A DNA stretch of 64,000 nucleotides, taken from the NCBI GenBank assembly GCA_000165425.1, contig CT868174.1, positions 434,001 through 498,000 of the forward strand, read 5' to 3'. A program made the position numbers and the translations under genes. Origin of the DNA: Paramecium tetraurelia. Taxonomy: Eukaryota. Of the stretch, positions 25,898 through 41,570 are shown piece after piece; the first letter of the stretch is position 1, and every line of letters starts with the position of its first letter. The notes below the pieces were generated by a model that saw only the letters and a list, made by a program, of their open reading frames with translations, was not told the DNA's origin and did not search any database.

Positions 25898-26771
25898 ATG
25901 TTCAGGAAAATATTATTCAGATTTAGCACATACAATTTCATTAATGTTACTCAAAAGGGAAAGGTTGCCTTGATCTAATTCAACAGACCAAAAGCTATGA
26001 ATGCCCTTTGCGATGGATTAATCAAAGAATTAAACCAAGTAACTTAGGAAATTGACTCTAATCCTGAATATGGATCAATAGTTATCACAGGAAATGAAAA
26101 GGCATTTGCAGCAGGAGCTGACATTAAAGAAATGTAAGACAAATCTTTCCCCTAAGTTCAAAACATTTAAATGCTTGCATGTATTAACATTATCATCTTT
26201 AGCCTGGGAAAACTTGACCAATATTAAGAAACCTATTCTTGCTGCAGTTAATGGATATGCCTTAGGTGGAGGATTTGAATTGGCTATGATGTGTGATATT
26301 ATTTATGCAGGAGAGAATGCTAAATTTGGATTACCTGAAGCTACACTTGGAACAGTATGAGATAATCATATTTAACTAGATTCCAGGATGTGGAGGAACT
26401 CAAAGATTAATTAGAGCAGTAGGAAAGTCAAAAGCCATGGAAATAACACTAACTGGAGAATTCATAGATGCACAAACTGCACTATCTTATGGATTAGTCA
26501 GCAAAGTCTTACCAGTAGCAAACTTAGTTGAGGAGACTTTAAAAGTGGCTGAGAAAATAGCTTCATTTAGCAAGTATTTTATTAGAATTATCATGATAGA
26601 CCTGTTGCTGCATTGATTAAGGACACCATAAATGAAGCAGAAAATATTGGATTGAGAGAAGGAGTGAAATATGAAAGAAAGGCATTCTATTCAACATTTG
26701 CAACCTAAGACAGAAAGGAGGGAATGAGTGCATTTGTAGAAAAGAGAAAACCTTCTTGGACTGATAATTGA
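25898..26771 (+). CDS. ECHS1: Short-chain enoyl-CoA hydratase (crotonase), probably mitochondrial
   Basis: [69 protein letters not shown]. Three tiny introns. Confidence 0.93.
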
Positions 26772-26802
26772 GTATTATGAAAATATATTATATAATTAAA
26801 TT

Positions 26803-27417
26803 ATGTAGGTATAAAAAATCAATGGATCTGGAGTTATGATTTTCATTGAATGTAAACAGGAGATTTATGTTCTATTGCTAAGTAGCACTGGAAGAGGTGG
26901 AGTTTTCTTCACTGAAGCAGGAGGCAAATTAGAACCAAGATTAAATACAGAAGAAAATGCAATCAAAGAATTGTTTGAGGAGACTTATGCTACTTTTAAA
27001 GTAAAAAGTCTTAAACAATCTAAAAATGTCATAGTTAATAATAAATATGTTTGCTTTACTATTAAAATATAAATGGATGATTTAATGGACATCGAAAAAA
27101 TAATGAAGAATAATAGGAAAATTTTAAATGAATAAAAAGGATTAAATAGTTATAGAGAAATGTTTGGCTTTTAGTTCGTTAAAGTGAATGATTTACTATA
27201 GTTAAAACAAAAATCTATTCAATCTAATGGTTAATAAATTTCTTTACACAAAAGAACAATAAATTCATTTGAGGAATTGATAAAGCAAAAAATTATCAGA
27301 GAAGATTTTACGGTTGATGTACCAGTTTCCTAATGTTAAGTACTTTAACATTAATATGAGAATTAAAATGATAAATTACATTCACTAAACAAATAGTGTT
27401 ATCTTAGTATTTCATGA
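26803..27417 (+). CDS. NUDIX hydrolase (~204 aa)
   Basis: Intronless code-6 ORF with GSGVMI..IYVLLL..FTEAGGKLEPRLNTEENAIKELFEET (variant Nudix box). Confidence 0.75.
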
Positions 27418-27504
27418 TTATTTAAGTTATGAGGATATACCCCTTAAAAATGAATATTTAATTTAGCAGTTTAATATAAATTAGAAGCTCAAATTAAGTA
27501 AAAA

Positions 27505-28995
<1,491 letters not shown>

Positions 28996-31324
28996 AATTT
29001 AATTTAAGTATTGCAAACATATATTATTTAGTATTAATAATTGATTTTAAAGCATTATTTATGAATGATTTAGTATAAAAATGATACTTAATTAATGATA
29101 AATGATATTTATTCGTATAGAGATATAACTTAATAATATATTATAAATATATAATGATGTTTCTCAATTTTTATAATGAGTATATACAATTTACTCGATT
29201 TTTAATAGACTTATTTTTATCATCTCATTTATATGTTAATCATTAAAGTTTTTAATCCCTGATAATCATAAGGGTTTAATTATTTGCTGAAACAAATGAG
29301 TCAAAATGATAGTAAAATTTGGTTTCTTTATAATGATTTAAGCAGAGTATAATAGATTTGAAAATATCTATATTTCATTTTTCATTAGAAGAGGAATTTA
29401 TTTAAAACTTGGTAATGCATTATTAGTTTTCAATATATGCATAGAACTAGTTCAATCCCATCCGCTATGAGCATATAAAAATATTTTTCATCTTAATTTC
29501 ATTAGTTAAATAATCAATTAGCTTTAAGATTTTTGCTGAGGATTGATCTAATCAAAATGAGCTTACTTCTAAGAAAATGAATATAAAAAGATTACATGAT
29601 TATAAAATAGATTGAAGGATTGAAAATTAATATTTTAAAGTGCTCAAGTGCACTATCTCAGAAACTCCAAAATTAATTAACAAATAAGATTCAATAATAA
29701 TCTATTATAACAAGGAAATGAAGTTTAAGTACTATTTCTGTCTTTTTTAAAATTCTATTCATTATTTCCAATATCAAAGAACAGGTATTAAGCTTTTTTG
29801 AGTATATGTTTATATATTTAATTTATATTATAAAATTTTCATTAATGATAATATTATCTAATCGATAAACTATCATTCTTAACCACTTAGTTATTATTGG
29901 TCTTCTCTCAAATTTGACTCCAATAACTATTATTAAGATTCAATTTTTAGATTCAACTCTGGCTATTGCTATTAGGACTGCTTTTAATTTGAATCTTAGG
30001 ATTATTGTATATTTTCATTATCTAATTAAGATTGTTTTTATTGTTTAGATTCGTTCAACATTTGTTCTTTCATTTTTCTTCTCACAATGTTATTCTAATT
30101 TACATAATGCAACTTACATTAACTAAATATTTGGAATAAGGATTGAATTTCTAATGATGAGAACGACATTGGGAAGGAGATCTAGACTTAATGATATCAG
30201 ACATAAGTTTAAAAATCTTATTTGTTTTTTTTAACTCGGAACTTTCCATAACTTCTCGATGTTATGATAAAAATGTTAAATAAACTTAATGTTCCTATGC
30301 ACTCCAATGACCTTTTATATAAAAAAATATAATACCATTATTGAACTAAGGATTATGTGATTTTTTTATATGTTTTCTTTTTATTTTATTATCCCCAAGA
30401 TCTTTTGTTTGACTATAATTGATATTTTCAACACCCTAATTAATAATCTATTTACTTAGAATTAGTTTAACAATGCTGCATTTAACATTAGTTATTATTA
30501 TAAAAGTTATTGGGTGAACAAATCCATTACTCTAGGTTCATCAGTGATTAGCGGGATGTTATTCATTTGTGAATAGAATGATGACTACATCTGCTTTATT
30601 TACTCTAATTAGACAGTTTAAAGAAAGAAGTCTGGATTCTACATCATTTAAGAAAATTGTGGTAATAAAAAGGCAGGATCAATCTCTGGTTTGTTTATTT
30701 CTAATTATAAATATTATTTATTACAAAGACAAGGAGAATTTTCTTCAATTAGTGGAACTATGCAATCTTTTGAAGATGGGTTAAGACGATCCATAAAATA
30801 TTATTTAAATTTTAATTAAGATTTGTATATCTGATTCAGATATAAGAATTTAATTTAATCATGTTTTATATTATTCAATTATTTCTTGTTTTTAATAAAC
30901 AATTGCTACAGATATTATATAAAAAATAGCAAACACAATATCTTCCTAAAATTGTGCCCATCCAAATGACACGCTATCAGTTGTGATAGCCATTTAAGAT
31001 AAATTAATCATTTATTTTCATTTTTTGACACTTTTTCTTATATTTAGTTGTCCATTCCAAACTGGGGTGATAATTATATAAAATTCACATCTAATTTGAA
31101 TATCTTATATAGAATATTTTGATTATGCTACTAAGAATAATTTTATTAATAAAACATATAGATTATATAATATAATTACGCAATGAAATTACAATAACAA
31201 AAAAAATTCCTTAAATCCAAATTTTTTTGTTTTTAAATAGACTATCAAAAATATTAGGAGATGATATTATATAGCTAAATGCAAATTAATAAATGCGTAA
31301 TTTATTTAATCATATATTTAATTA

Positions 31325-34300
31325 ATGCCAATTTCTATAATTTTTATCCTTGTGGGATTGGTTGAGGTTTCAAATTCCTAATGGTAAAGTTAAAATAGTT
31401 TCTTAAACTATGATTAGAAATTCACTTAAAACACTGGATCAAATGCTTATATTTATTCAGGAAACTTTTTATTACCTTCAAGCTAAACTACTGCAAATTT
31501 TATCACTTGCACATCTCCTCCTACAAGCTACATTACTTTAAATTAAATATATCCATCTGCCTTAAATTATTATAATTACTAATTCAATGATTAGGATTGG
31601 ATATCTATGGATTTTTATTTTCAGGGTACATGGTCTTCTGAAGATGTTAAATTTACCTTAGGATCATTTTCATACCCATACACCTACAAATCCCCTACTA
31701 CCTACACAATGTCAGCTGGTTTTTGTGATACTACTCGTTTTGAAGTTAAAACTGTGAATTTTACACTCTCCCTAACACAAGGTACAACTTCAGGATAAAT
31801 TACATTTACATCCTCTAATTCAAATTCAGGTTTAGTTTCGATTAGAAATGTCTATGTATCAAGATTATAATGTTATCCATCATGTATTAAATGCACAGGT
31901 CCAAAATACAATTAATGTACATACTGCTATTATGGGATCCAAACAAACAATATTTGTCCATCTTGTCCATAAAATTAATACTATTGGAAGAACATAGGGT
32001 GCAGAGAAATTTGTGAGATATACTCTCCATTATATTAGAATGGATTTTGTTAGAGTTATCCAAGTAATTATTATAAATTAATATACTTAGTTTCTCAACT
32101 AGATTATGGTTATATCACATCACCAGTCACTTAAACAGAAAATTTGAAATGGTAATAGATATATGACCCACTACATGTAGATACAACTCCAACTATTATT
32201 ACTTAATATCCATATACATATGGAGTATTTAAGTTTAATTCCGGAGTTTATAGATATTTCAATACATTGGCTTCTTATTCCTTTTACACTTATTTGATTG
32301 GATTGAAAATAACAATTATGCTTTATAATGATATTCCAATTAATTGTGGAATATAGTTTAAGATTAACAATACTTACTATGGATCTATTTATAGAAATAC
32401 TTCTGGAATTCAAACCCATAAATTCAAAATCTCTTAAACTTCTACTTATGGATCCTATTCAACTTATTCGTCAAATACAAGATATGAATTAATTTCATAT
32501 GTTGATATTCCAAAATATCCATTTCTATTTTCAGCAGTAGGAAATTATACGTAAATATTATTTATTAAACTTAGCGATGGCACAGCAGGATGGGGTATGT
32601 CTTAAGTCTAAACTACTTCAGGATATTGTTCTTAATATTGTACATTGTGTGAAGTATCATTTAAATGTAAGACTTGTTAAAGTGGTTTCTATTTTTATCG
32701 AGATGGTAGTTGCATAAGTAATTGCATGTCTCCTTATTAGAGATTAAGTGGTTCTTATTGCTATGATTATGATGATGAAACACCTTGTATTGTATAATAT
32801 CATATATAGATTCTGAATATTTGATTTAAGAATATATAAATCAAGCAGCTGACCCAGGATAATATGCGTAATATACTTTAATCTCTCAAAATGGATTAAA
32901 CTTTTTAAAAGGTTCAGATATCTATTTTTCATATTGGTAAGGATATAGAGTCTTTGGAGGACCTTTTGTATGGGCGTAGGCTAAATTCTAAAGGGTTCAT
33001 AATATAATAAATCCACATCACAGTGTTACTATTGCATTTTATATTTTATATGGACCTTCATTCCCTTCAGATGGGAAGTTTATATATACAATTGAAAGTA
33101 ATGCACCAGTCACTAAATCAAGTGCAAGTTCTACTAATTCATATTCTGATAGTTCAAAATCTGATAAAGTATATGAAAAAATCCTTCATAATACAAATAC
33201 ATTAACAATAACTTGGGAATGCTTTGGTCCAAATAATGAACCAATCAAGGCATATTGTGGAATCTAAAATTATTACATTGCTGTACATAATTGCTAACCT
33301 TATTGTTTATAATGTTCAGATTAATCAACATGTACTTTATGGAACAGCACTTATGATTCTAACATAGTTAAATTTTCTTAAGCAGAATGCTAGAGTAATC
33401 AATATTATGATAAAGAATCTGTTAGATGTTAAACTTGTCCATCATCCTGTTTAACTTGTTCATCCAAACTAGATTGTTAAACATGTTAATCAACTTATAC
33501 CTAATCTAAATTAGGATGTACTTGCACAATACATTAATATGAAGATTCAAATTAATGTTTTGATTGTCCTATTGAGTGTAATTAATGTTTAACTTTCACT
33601 TACTGTATAGAATGCTTAATTACTAATAATAGACAATTATCCAATGGATAATGCGATTGTATTGATGGATATTATCCAATTGTGTCAAATCCTTAATGTT
33701 AGCTATGTCATTTAATTTTGTAAAACTTGTATAGGGCCCACTTCTGATGAATGTTTAACTTGCAATGATATTACTAATATTGAAAAAGTAGGATCAACGT
33801 GTAGATGTCCAGCAGGATCTTATTATTAGGATGCAACAAGAAATTGTTTGTTTTGTCATTCATCATGCTTAACTTGCTTTAGAACCACAATTGATGGCTG
33901 TTTAACATGTAATTCTACTTTAAATAGATTATTAAAAGGGTTAAAATGTGTTTGTGCACCTGGTTATTATGAATAAAGTAATTTTTGTACAAGTATATTT
34001 AATAATCATATTATAGATTGTCCAATTACAGAAGATCCATCTCTTAGTGAATGTTATAAATTGTGTAATAATAATTAGTTGATATGGCATACAATAACTT
34101 GTAGTTCTTGTGATACTGGATTTCAATTAGTATCTGGAGAATGTCAACCTATTTGTGGAGATTTATAAATCAAAGGATATGAATAATGTGAAGATAATAA
34201 TACACTCCTTAATGACTTATGCTATAATTGTTAATTTTAATGTCCAGCTCATTGTTTAACTTGCGATTCATTAACTACTTTACCTTGTCCTGATGTTTGT

Positions 34301-37300
34301 GGGGATGGAATCATTTCAGGAGTAGAGGAATGTGAAGATGGTAATACCATTTAATATGATGGATGTTTTAATTGTAAATATTAATGCTAACCTTAATGTA
34401 CAAAGTGTATAAAAGGACAGTGTTTTGAGTGTGCAACTGGAGGTTGGTTTATTGATCCATTAATTACTCCTTGGTAATGCAAAGTTCGATGCGGAGATTA
34501 ATTGATATCTGGAGATGAATAATGCGATGATGGAAACACTTCTGATACTGATGGATGCAAAGATTGTAAGTACTTCTGCAGAATTGGTTGTTCATCTTGT
34601 GATTATACAACCAACACATGCTTAAGTTGTGCACTCCCTGGGTTTGTTCCTAAATCTTACTATTGTTAAAATGTATGTGGAGATGGCTTAGTTGTAGTAG
34701 ATCCTAATGGATTTTTCTAAGAGCAATGTGATGATGGCAATACAATTAATTATGATGGTTGCAGTAGCTCTTGTTAATTTTAGTGTTAGCCAACAACTAT
34801 TTGCACAAGTTGTGTAAATAATAGATGTGAAATATGCGCTACTGGATATTATCTTTCTGATAAAAAAGTATGTATACCAATTTGTGGAGATGCTTTGATT
34901 GTGGTTGGTGAATAATGTGAGAATTCTTCTATATTACCATATAAAGGGTGTAATAATTGCTAAGCGAAATGTTAATCTTCTTGTCTCAATTGTAGTACTT
35001 CTGGACTTGGTTGTTAATAATGTAAAAGTGGTTACAATAGAATTGATAATTTATGTTATTCAATTTGTGGTGATAAAATAATAACTGAAGATGAATAATG
35101 TGATGATGGCAATTTGATTATTGGAGACGGATGCCATCTTTGTCAATTTAATTGTTAGGACTCATGTCTTTATTGTCTTTAAGGAATCTGTTATGATTGT
35201 TAAGAAGGTTATTAATTAATATAATCTAAATGTTACTCTATATGTGGAGATGGGCTATAGAAAAATAATGAGTAATGCGAATTTAACACTTCATTACAGA
35301 TTTATCAAAATTGTTAATCTTGTAAATATATTTGTGATTTGAATTGCTTATTGTGTTAATTTGGTATATGTTACCAATGTAATGACGGATATGAATTATC
35401 CTCAAACAAATAATATTGTGTTAACTCTCTATAATATAATTTAATGATAATAGAAAACTGTCTTATATAAATTGGGAATATTTGTATTTAATGCGAAGAT
35501 TATGCCTACTTTGAAAAGGCTGAGTAGAAGTGTAATTTAATAGTAGCACCATTGAGTTTTTGTCAATATTAACTTAAATTATCTCCAGATTTATATTGTA
35601 GTTATTGTTTTGATTATTGTACATCTTGTAATGAAAATAATTGTATAGATTGCCAAAATGGTTATTATTTAGATGAAAATTTTTCTTGTATTTCATTTTG
35701 TGGGGATGGAATATTAGCACATGATGAACAATGTGAAATTTTTAATAAAAATTGCTTAAGTTGCATGTTTGATGCTCCAAAATTATGTGAGCTATATTTT
35801 GAAGATCAATGTTTTGAATGTGAAAATGGGTATATTTTTAATTAGTACAATAATGCTTGTGAATCTTAGTGTGGAGATGGAATAATTGTCCATGATGAAG
35901 ACTGTGAAGATAATAATTACATCGAATTTGATGGTTGTTATTATTGTTAATATTCTTGCAGTTAATACTGTATAAATTGCCTCAAAGGAGTATGCTAATA
36001 ATGTGATCGACATCATCTACTTAGAGATGGATTTTGTTATGGAAAACAAAATGAAATTGATGTATTTCCAGAATGTTAATTTAACTTAAATGGAGAATGT
36101 TTAATTTGTGAGGAAGACTTTTAATTAAATGAGTATGGAGATTGTGTTCCAAAATGTTCTGAAAGCTGCATTCATTGTTATAATGGTTAATGCTTTGAAT
36201 GTGCAGAATAATATGAACTTTATAATGATACATGCTTGTTAATTTAGCAATGTTAAATAGGATTGCATTTAAGTTAAGAGTTATAAATTTGTTAATCTTC
36301 ATGTGGTGACGGATATGTAACTGGATGGGAAGAATGTGATGATTAAAATATGGAACAATTTGACGGTTGCTATTAGTGCAAGTATGAATGTGATGATAAT
36401 TGTATCGAATGCATATATGCTGAATGCTTTCTATGCTCTTAAGAATTTAATTTAGTCGAGAATAAATGCTTATCAAAATGTGAAGACACATGCCTTAATT
36501 GTGTTTAAGGAGTATGTTAGTTATGCAGTAGTGGATATTTCTTAAATGAATATTTCATTTGCGTAAAAATAGACTGTGAATACGATTTTAGTTGTACTTC
36601 ACATTGTGGAAATGGCATAATAGAGGATATGGAATAGTGTGATGATTAGAATCTATTTAATGATGATGGTTGTAACAATAATTGTGAATAAACTTGTGAT
36701 GTTAATTGTACAAGTTGTATTGATGGCGTTTGTTTTGAATGTAAAGAAGGGTGGAAATTGGGCTTATTCTTTTGTGATCCAATTTGTGGAGATTTAATTG
36801 TTGTGGGAAATGAAGAATGCGATGACGGAAATTAGAGTAATTTTGATGGGTGTTTCTAATGTAAATACCAATGTTCTCAGCATTGTGAAATTTGCTTGAA
36901 TGGAATATGTCAATCTTGTTAACTTAATTACCAATTGGATTAATTAAGTAATTCTTGCAAACCAATTCAACCCTTGCTTACAATTAATGAATAGCCTAAT
37001 TGTAAAATATTAAATAATAACAAATGCATATTTTGTTAACATGGATATCTTGATTCATTTACCAACACATGTATAATTGATTATAATATGAATAAATGCT
37101 CTAAAAATTGTAAAAAATGTGTGCTTTCCAAATGTTTAGAATGTGAATTTGGATATTATGGTAATAATTGTATGCCTAAATGTGGAGATGGTATTATTGT
37201 TTAGGAAGAGGAATGTGACGACAGAAGTGAATTCTAATTAGATACTTGTTTAAATTGTAAATTCTAGTGTCCTCAATATTGTAAGTCCTGTGCTTATGGA

Positions 37301-39898
37301 GTTTGTACTAATTGCATTTCAGGGTTCTATTTGGATATTGTAAGTAATTCATGTAACTCTGTTTGCGGCGACAAGATACGAGCAAGGGATGAAGTTTGCG
37401 ATGATGGCAATGAATTGAAATATGATGGTTGTTATTAGTGTAAATATTAATGCCAAATGGAGTGTTTAGATTGCTAATTTGGAAAGTGTACGTAATGTGA
37501 ACCACCTTTAATACTCGTACCATCAAAAAGTATGTGTGAAGAACGAAAATCATGTAAAGGTCTAATAGGATTGTATTATGATAATTATAGTAATGATTGT
37601 TTGCCACAATGTGGGGATGGTATTGTTGTTGGCCTTGAATAATGTGAGGATTAGAATAATATTCCTTATGACGGATGCTACGAATGCCAATATTAATGTC
37701 ATAAAATGTGCTCTAATTGCCAAAAAGGATTATGTTTTGAATGTAAAAATGGATATCATTTAAATGGCCAGTAATGTATAACAAAGTGTGGAGATGGTAT
37801 TAAAATTGGAGATGAATTATGTGATGATCAAAATGATGTTGTTAGAGATGGTTGTACTTTTTGCAAAGTTGATCCTTTGTATAAATGTGAGGAAGATTAA
37901 AGCCTATTAACCTTTTGTTACAGATGCTAAGACAATTGCGAGGAGTGCATATATAACTTGGATATGGTAGAATGCAAGCGTTGCAAGACTGGATATTTCC
38001 TTAAGGATAATACTTGTAATTCATGTTCGGAAAAGTGCGAGGAGTGCGTCAATACTCCAAACAACTGCACAGTGTGCTCAACTGATGGTTGTACAAAATG
38101 TGATAATATATCTGGGTTTTATCTGGATAGAAAACTAAAATCATGTGTTACAAAATGTGGAGATAATATCCTCGCAGGAAGTGAATAATGCGATGACGGA
38201 AATAAAATCGATAAAGACGGATGCAACTCTAGATGTGAAATTGAAAAAGAATTCATTTGCAAAGAGAGCAGCTGCTATGTACCACCTGAGAAATAAATTG
38301 GTTTGTAATATACCAACTCAACTACTGCTAGTGATTTCGATTTAATATTTAAGGATCTCAAGATAGATGGTGTTTGTGAGAAATTGAAAATTTGGATAGA
38401 AGAATTTTAACCTAATGAATTCAAGTATGAAGTTTCAATAAAAGAAGGTGAAAACTCAAAAACATAAGCTAAGTGTGAAATCAAATTTAATTTCTTTAAA
38501 ACCATTATGGAATACAATCTTATACATTTAATAGTACCATTAAAGGAAAATATCACAAGAGTTCTTGAAGAAGAAACTAGAGAGATTATTATTACACCAA
38601 GAAGATTAATTTATTATAATCAAGATCAAAAGGATCAAGCTTAAAGTGTAGTAGCTGCATCATCAACCTTAACTTTTCTCCTATAATTAATTGGGCCTTT
38701 AACAATTATTCTCGGAGGATTCAATTTTTTTTGGACAATTTTGGATATATTGACTTGGATTAATAATTTTTATTTTCTAAATGTGGATTACCCTTTGAAT
38801 GTTAAGTTATTATTCAATTAATTTCAATGGGGTGATGTGATTAATATCCCTGATGTTTTCACATTAAATTCACCAGATGATCCATATTATTTTGAAGCAC
38901 CTCCAAAATTTACTGAAAAAGATGTCAATCCATTGTTTTTAAATAACATTTAATTATTTAGTGGGTTAATTTCGCTAGCAATTTTGGGTTATTTTATTTC
39001 AATTTGCATTGTGTCATTTTTATAAAGTAAATATTTATAGAATAACATGAAAATACATAAAATAGAAATATTTTCAGTCAGCGAGATGAATAAGAGTCTT
39101 GAGATGATGTCACCACAAAAATCGCAAATGAAACAAATTAATTTAAAAAGTTAAAAGATGCCCTATATTATAAATCACGTATATAATGAAATTCTATGGT
39201 TTAAAGAGAATTTTAGAGCAAAGTTACTTTAAATTATAGGATTGGTGTTTTTGGATATTTGCTTAGCTTGTGTTCTTTAATTATAATATAAAGCAAATGA
39301 AGAGTACGTAATAATAAAATTAAATATTGTTTTGGCTATTATTGGAGTTATTTTTATATTGATAGTGTTTAAAATGTACTCTTTTGTTTGTTCCTAACAT
39401 GAGATTTTGTATGAGAGCAAAATGTTTTAGAATTATTATTCATCCTTATATGAAGGTATCGATACAAAAAAGATATTGGCTAGAAATTATTGTTATGTCA
39501 ATTTAATGAGAAAAGCCTTTTTTATATTTTTTACAGTGTACTTTTATTAAGTGCCATTGTTATAGACGTCATTATGTTGTTTAATTTGCTTTTTGAATTT
39601 AGCTTTGATTTTGTATTAGAATCCATTTGAAAGTAGAAGTGTGCTTATATAATCATCAATACCTGATTTTTGTATATTTATTATAATTTTTATTACTGTT
39701 TTGTTGGCTATTCACGATGTAAGCAATATATTTTCATTTGATCAAAAGTATTTTATAGGATGGATAATCTTATTTTTTATTGGGTTCTCAATATTCGTCT
39801 AGATGATCTTTTTGTTTTAATAGTTTTATAGTAATTTGAAGGAGAGAGTGATATAATTGAAGGATTATTTGTGTAAATAACCAAGTAAAAAAATTTGA
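31325..39898 (+). CDS. Very large cysteine-rich membrane protein (signal peptide, CGDG/CDDGN repeats, C-terminal multi-TM domain); one apparent +1 frameshift at ~33712
   Basis: MPISIIFILVGLVEVSNS; many CGDG..CDDGN..DGC repeats; C-terminal FWTILDILTWI..YPLNV..LYEG..YCYVNLMRK multi-TM region. Introns at 32551-32574 and 32787-32809. TGA at 39896-39898. Confidence 0.88.
31460..37640. repeat. Inverted dispersed duplication: homologous to ~840-5560 on the minus strand
   Basis: Direct reverse-complement comparison shows long stretches of high nucleotide identity, interrupted by a 1458-nt segment (35588-37045) absent from the left copy. Confidence 0.9.
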
Positions 39899-39999
39899 TT
39901 TTGAATGTTGTGTAATTATTTAAATAAGAAATATATATATATATGTATAAAGACAAAGAGAAATATAACAAATTTAAATTGATTCTTTATATAATACTC

Positions 40000-41150
40000 T
40001 CATTACTTGAGTGTTTCTGGAGCATTACCAACTTTGACAACACATCTGTATTTGGGTCTTCCATTCAACAATTTGTCATAGGCACCTTTGAAATTTTCAA
40101 ACTCGAATTACTCGCAAGTAGGGTAGATCTTGTGCTTATTGACAAACTCAAGCATTTCGTAATTTTCCTAAGGGTCTTAATATTAAATATACTTGTCTTG
40201 ATCCAACAAGAGATCCAACAAAGGAAATTTATCTTACAACCAATGCGAAAAATGGTAATTAGAGTTCAACCTTTGTGAGTGCTGGGATACCAACCATCAC
40301 AAAATCACCTCCACTTTTGATTAGGTTTGTGTAAGCTATGAATTCATCAACTGTATTAGCACTGGCACAACTCAAAATCATATCAAAGGTTCCATTTGCC
40401 TTAGCCATCTATTCTTGATTCTTTGTGCAAATGAAATCAGTAGCACCATATGCTCTTGCCTCTTCTTCCTTATCTGCTGATGTAGAAATGGCTGTTGTTC
40501 TCATGCCCAAAGCAGCAGAGAATTTGATTGCTAAATGTCCAAGACCACCGATACCGAGGATACCAACATTTTTGTTGGCTCCAAAGTGTCTCTTGAGTGG
40601 AGCATAGACTGTAATACCTGCGCATAAAAGAGGAGGTGCAAGATGTTGAGGAATTGTGTTGGGAATTGGGAATGCCCATTTTGCTGGCAATTAGACATGA
40701 GTAGCAAATCCACCAAACTTGGGGATTGGAATCAAATGCTCATTTCCAACTTGTCCACACAATTAATCATTTCCTACAATACATTATTTGCATTTTCCAC
40801 AACTATCTCTGATAAATCCTGCTCCAACCAGGTCACCAATTTAAAATTGAGTGACTTAGTCTCCTCTTTATACTACATGACCTAATATTTCATGTCCTGG
40901 AACACTTGGATAGCTAATTGGGAACCAATCTTAATTAACAAGATGACCTTAAAAATAAATCATTCTATTTACAATCTGTGTAGCATAAACCAAAATATGT
41001 CTATTGAATTCTAACTTCATCTGGTCTGATGGGAGGGAATTAAAATGGATAGAGGACAGCCTCTGTATTTGGACCCTCAAAAGACCATGCAAATGCTTCA
41101 GCTTAATCTTTGCTTACTAATTTATAAAGACTGTGTTCCTTTGTTGCCAT
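40000..41150 (-). CDS. Zinc-dependent medium-chain alcohol dehydrogenase (cinnamyl-ADH/ADH6-like)
   Basis: GLCYTD, PGHEILG, CGKCKQC-x7-C structural Zn site, PLLCAGITVYAPL, GIGGLGHLA, GRPKYRCV. Tiny introns. Confidence 0.93.
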
Positions 41151-41570
41151 TAAATTATATTTATTTATCTTTCCTCATCAAATACACTTGTCTTCATAAA
41201 TATTCTCAATCCACTCATGAATCACCGACTCTTATCAAATCAGAATTTAGAAATTTCTATATAATATTTTATAAAACAAATAGATGACAACTAAATCAGT
41301 TCATTCAACAACATCCTTAAAATCGATTAGATTTCTGAAATACTTTAAAATTTTTCAAAATTTAAGCATTTATTTTCGGAAATTGAAAACTTAATTCAAA
41401 ATTCAATGATTTCAATCGAAATACTCCTGAATTAATTAGGCTGCTTGATTTTCATTGAGATTTTTCACTTTCAAATAAATCCAAAAGTAGCTTTCTTAAT
41501 TCTGCTCAAATATGATGAAGTATCACAATAAAATTAAATATGTTATATATAATGTTATTTATAATATCAA

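Noticed and set aside
31325..39898. Regularly spaced TGTGGAGATGG / TGTGATGATGG repeats as a CRISPR-like array
   Set aside because: They are codons for CGDG/CDDG protein repeats and vary at synonymous sites.
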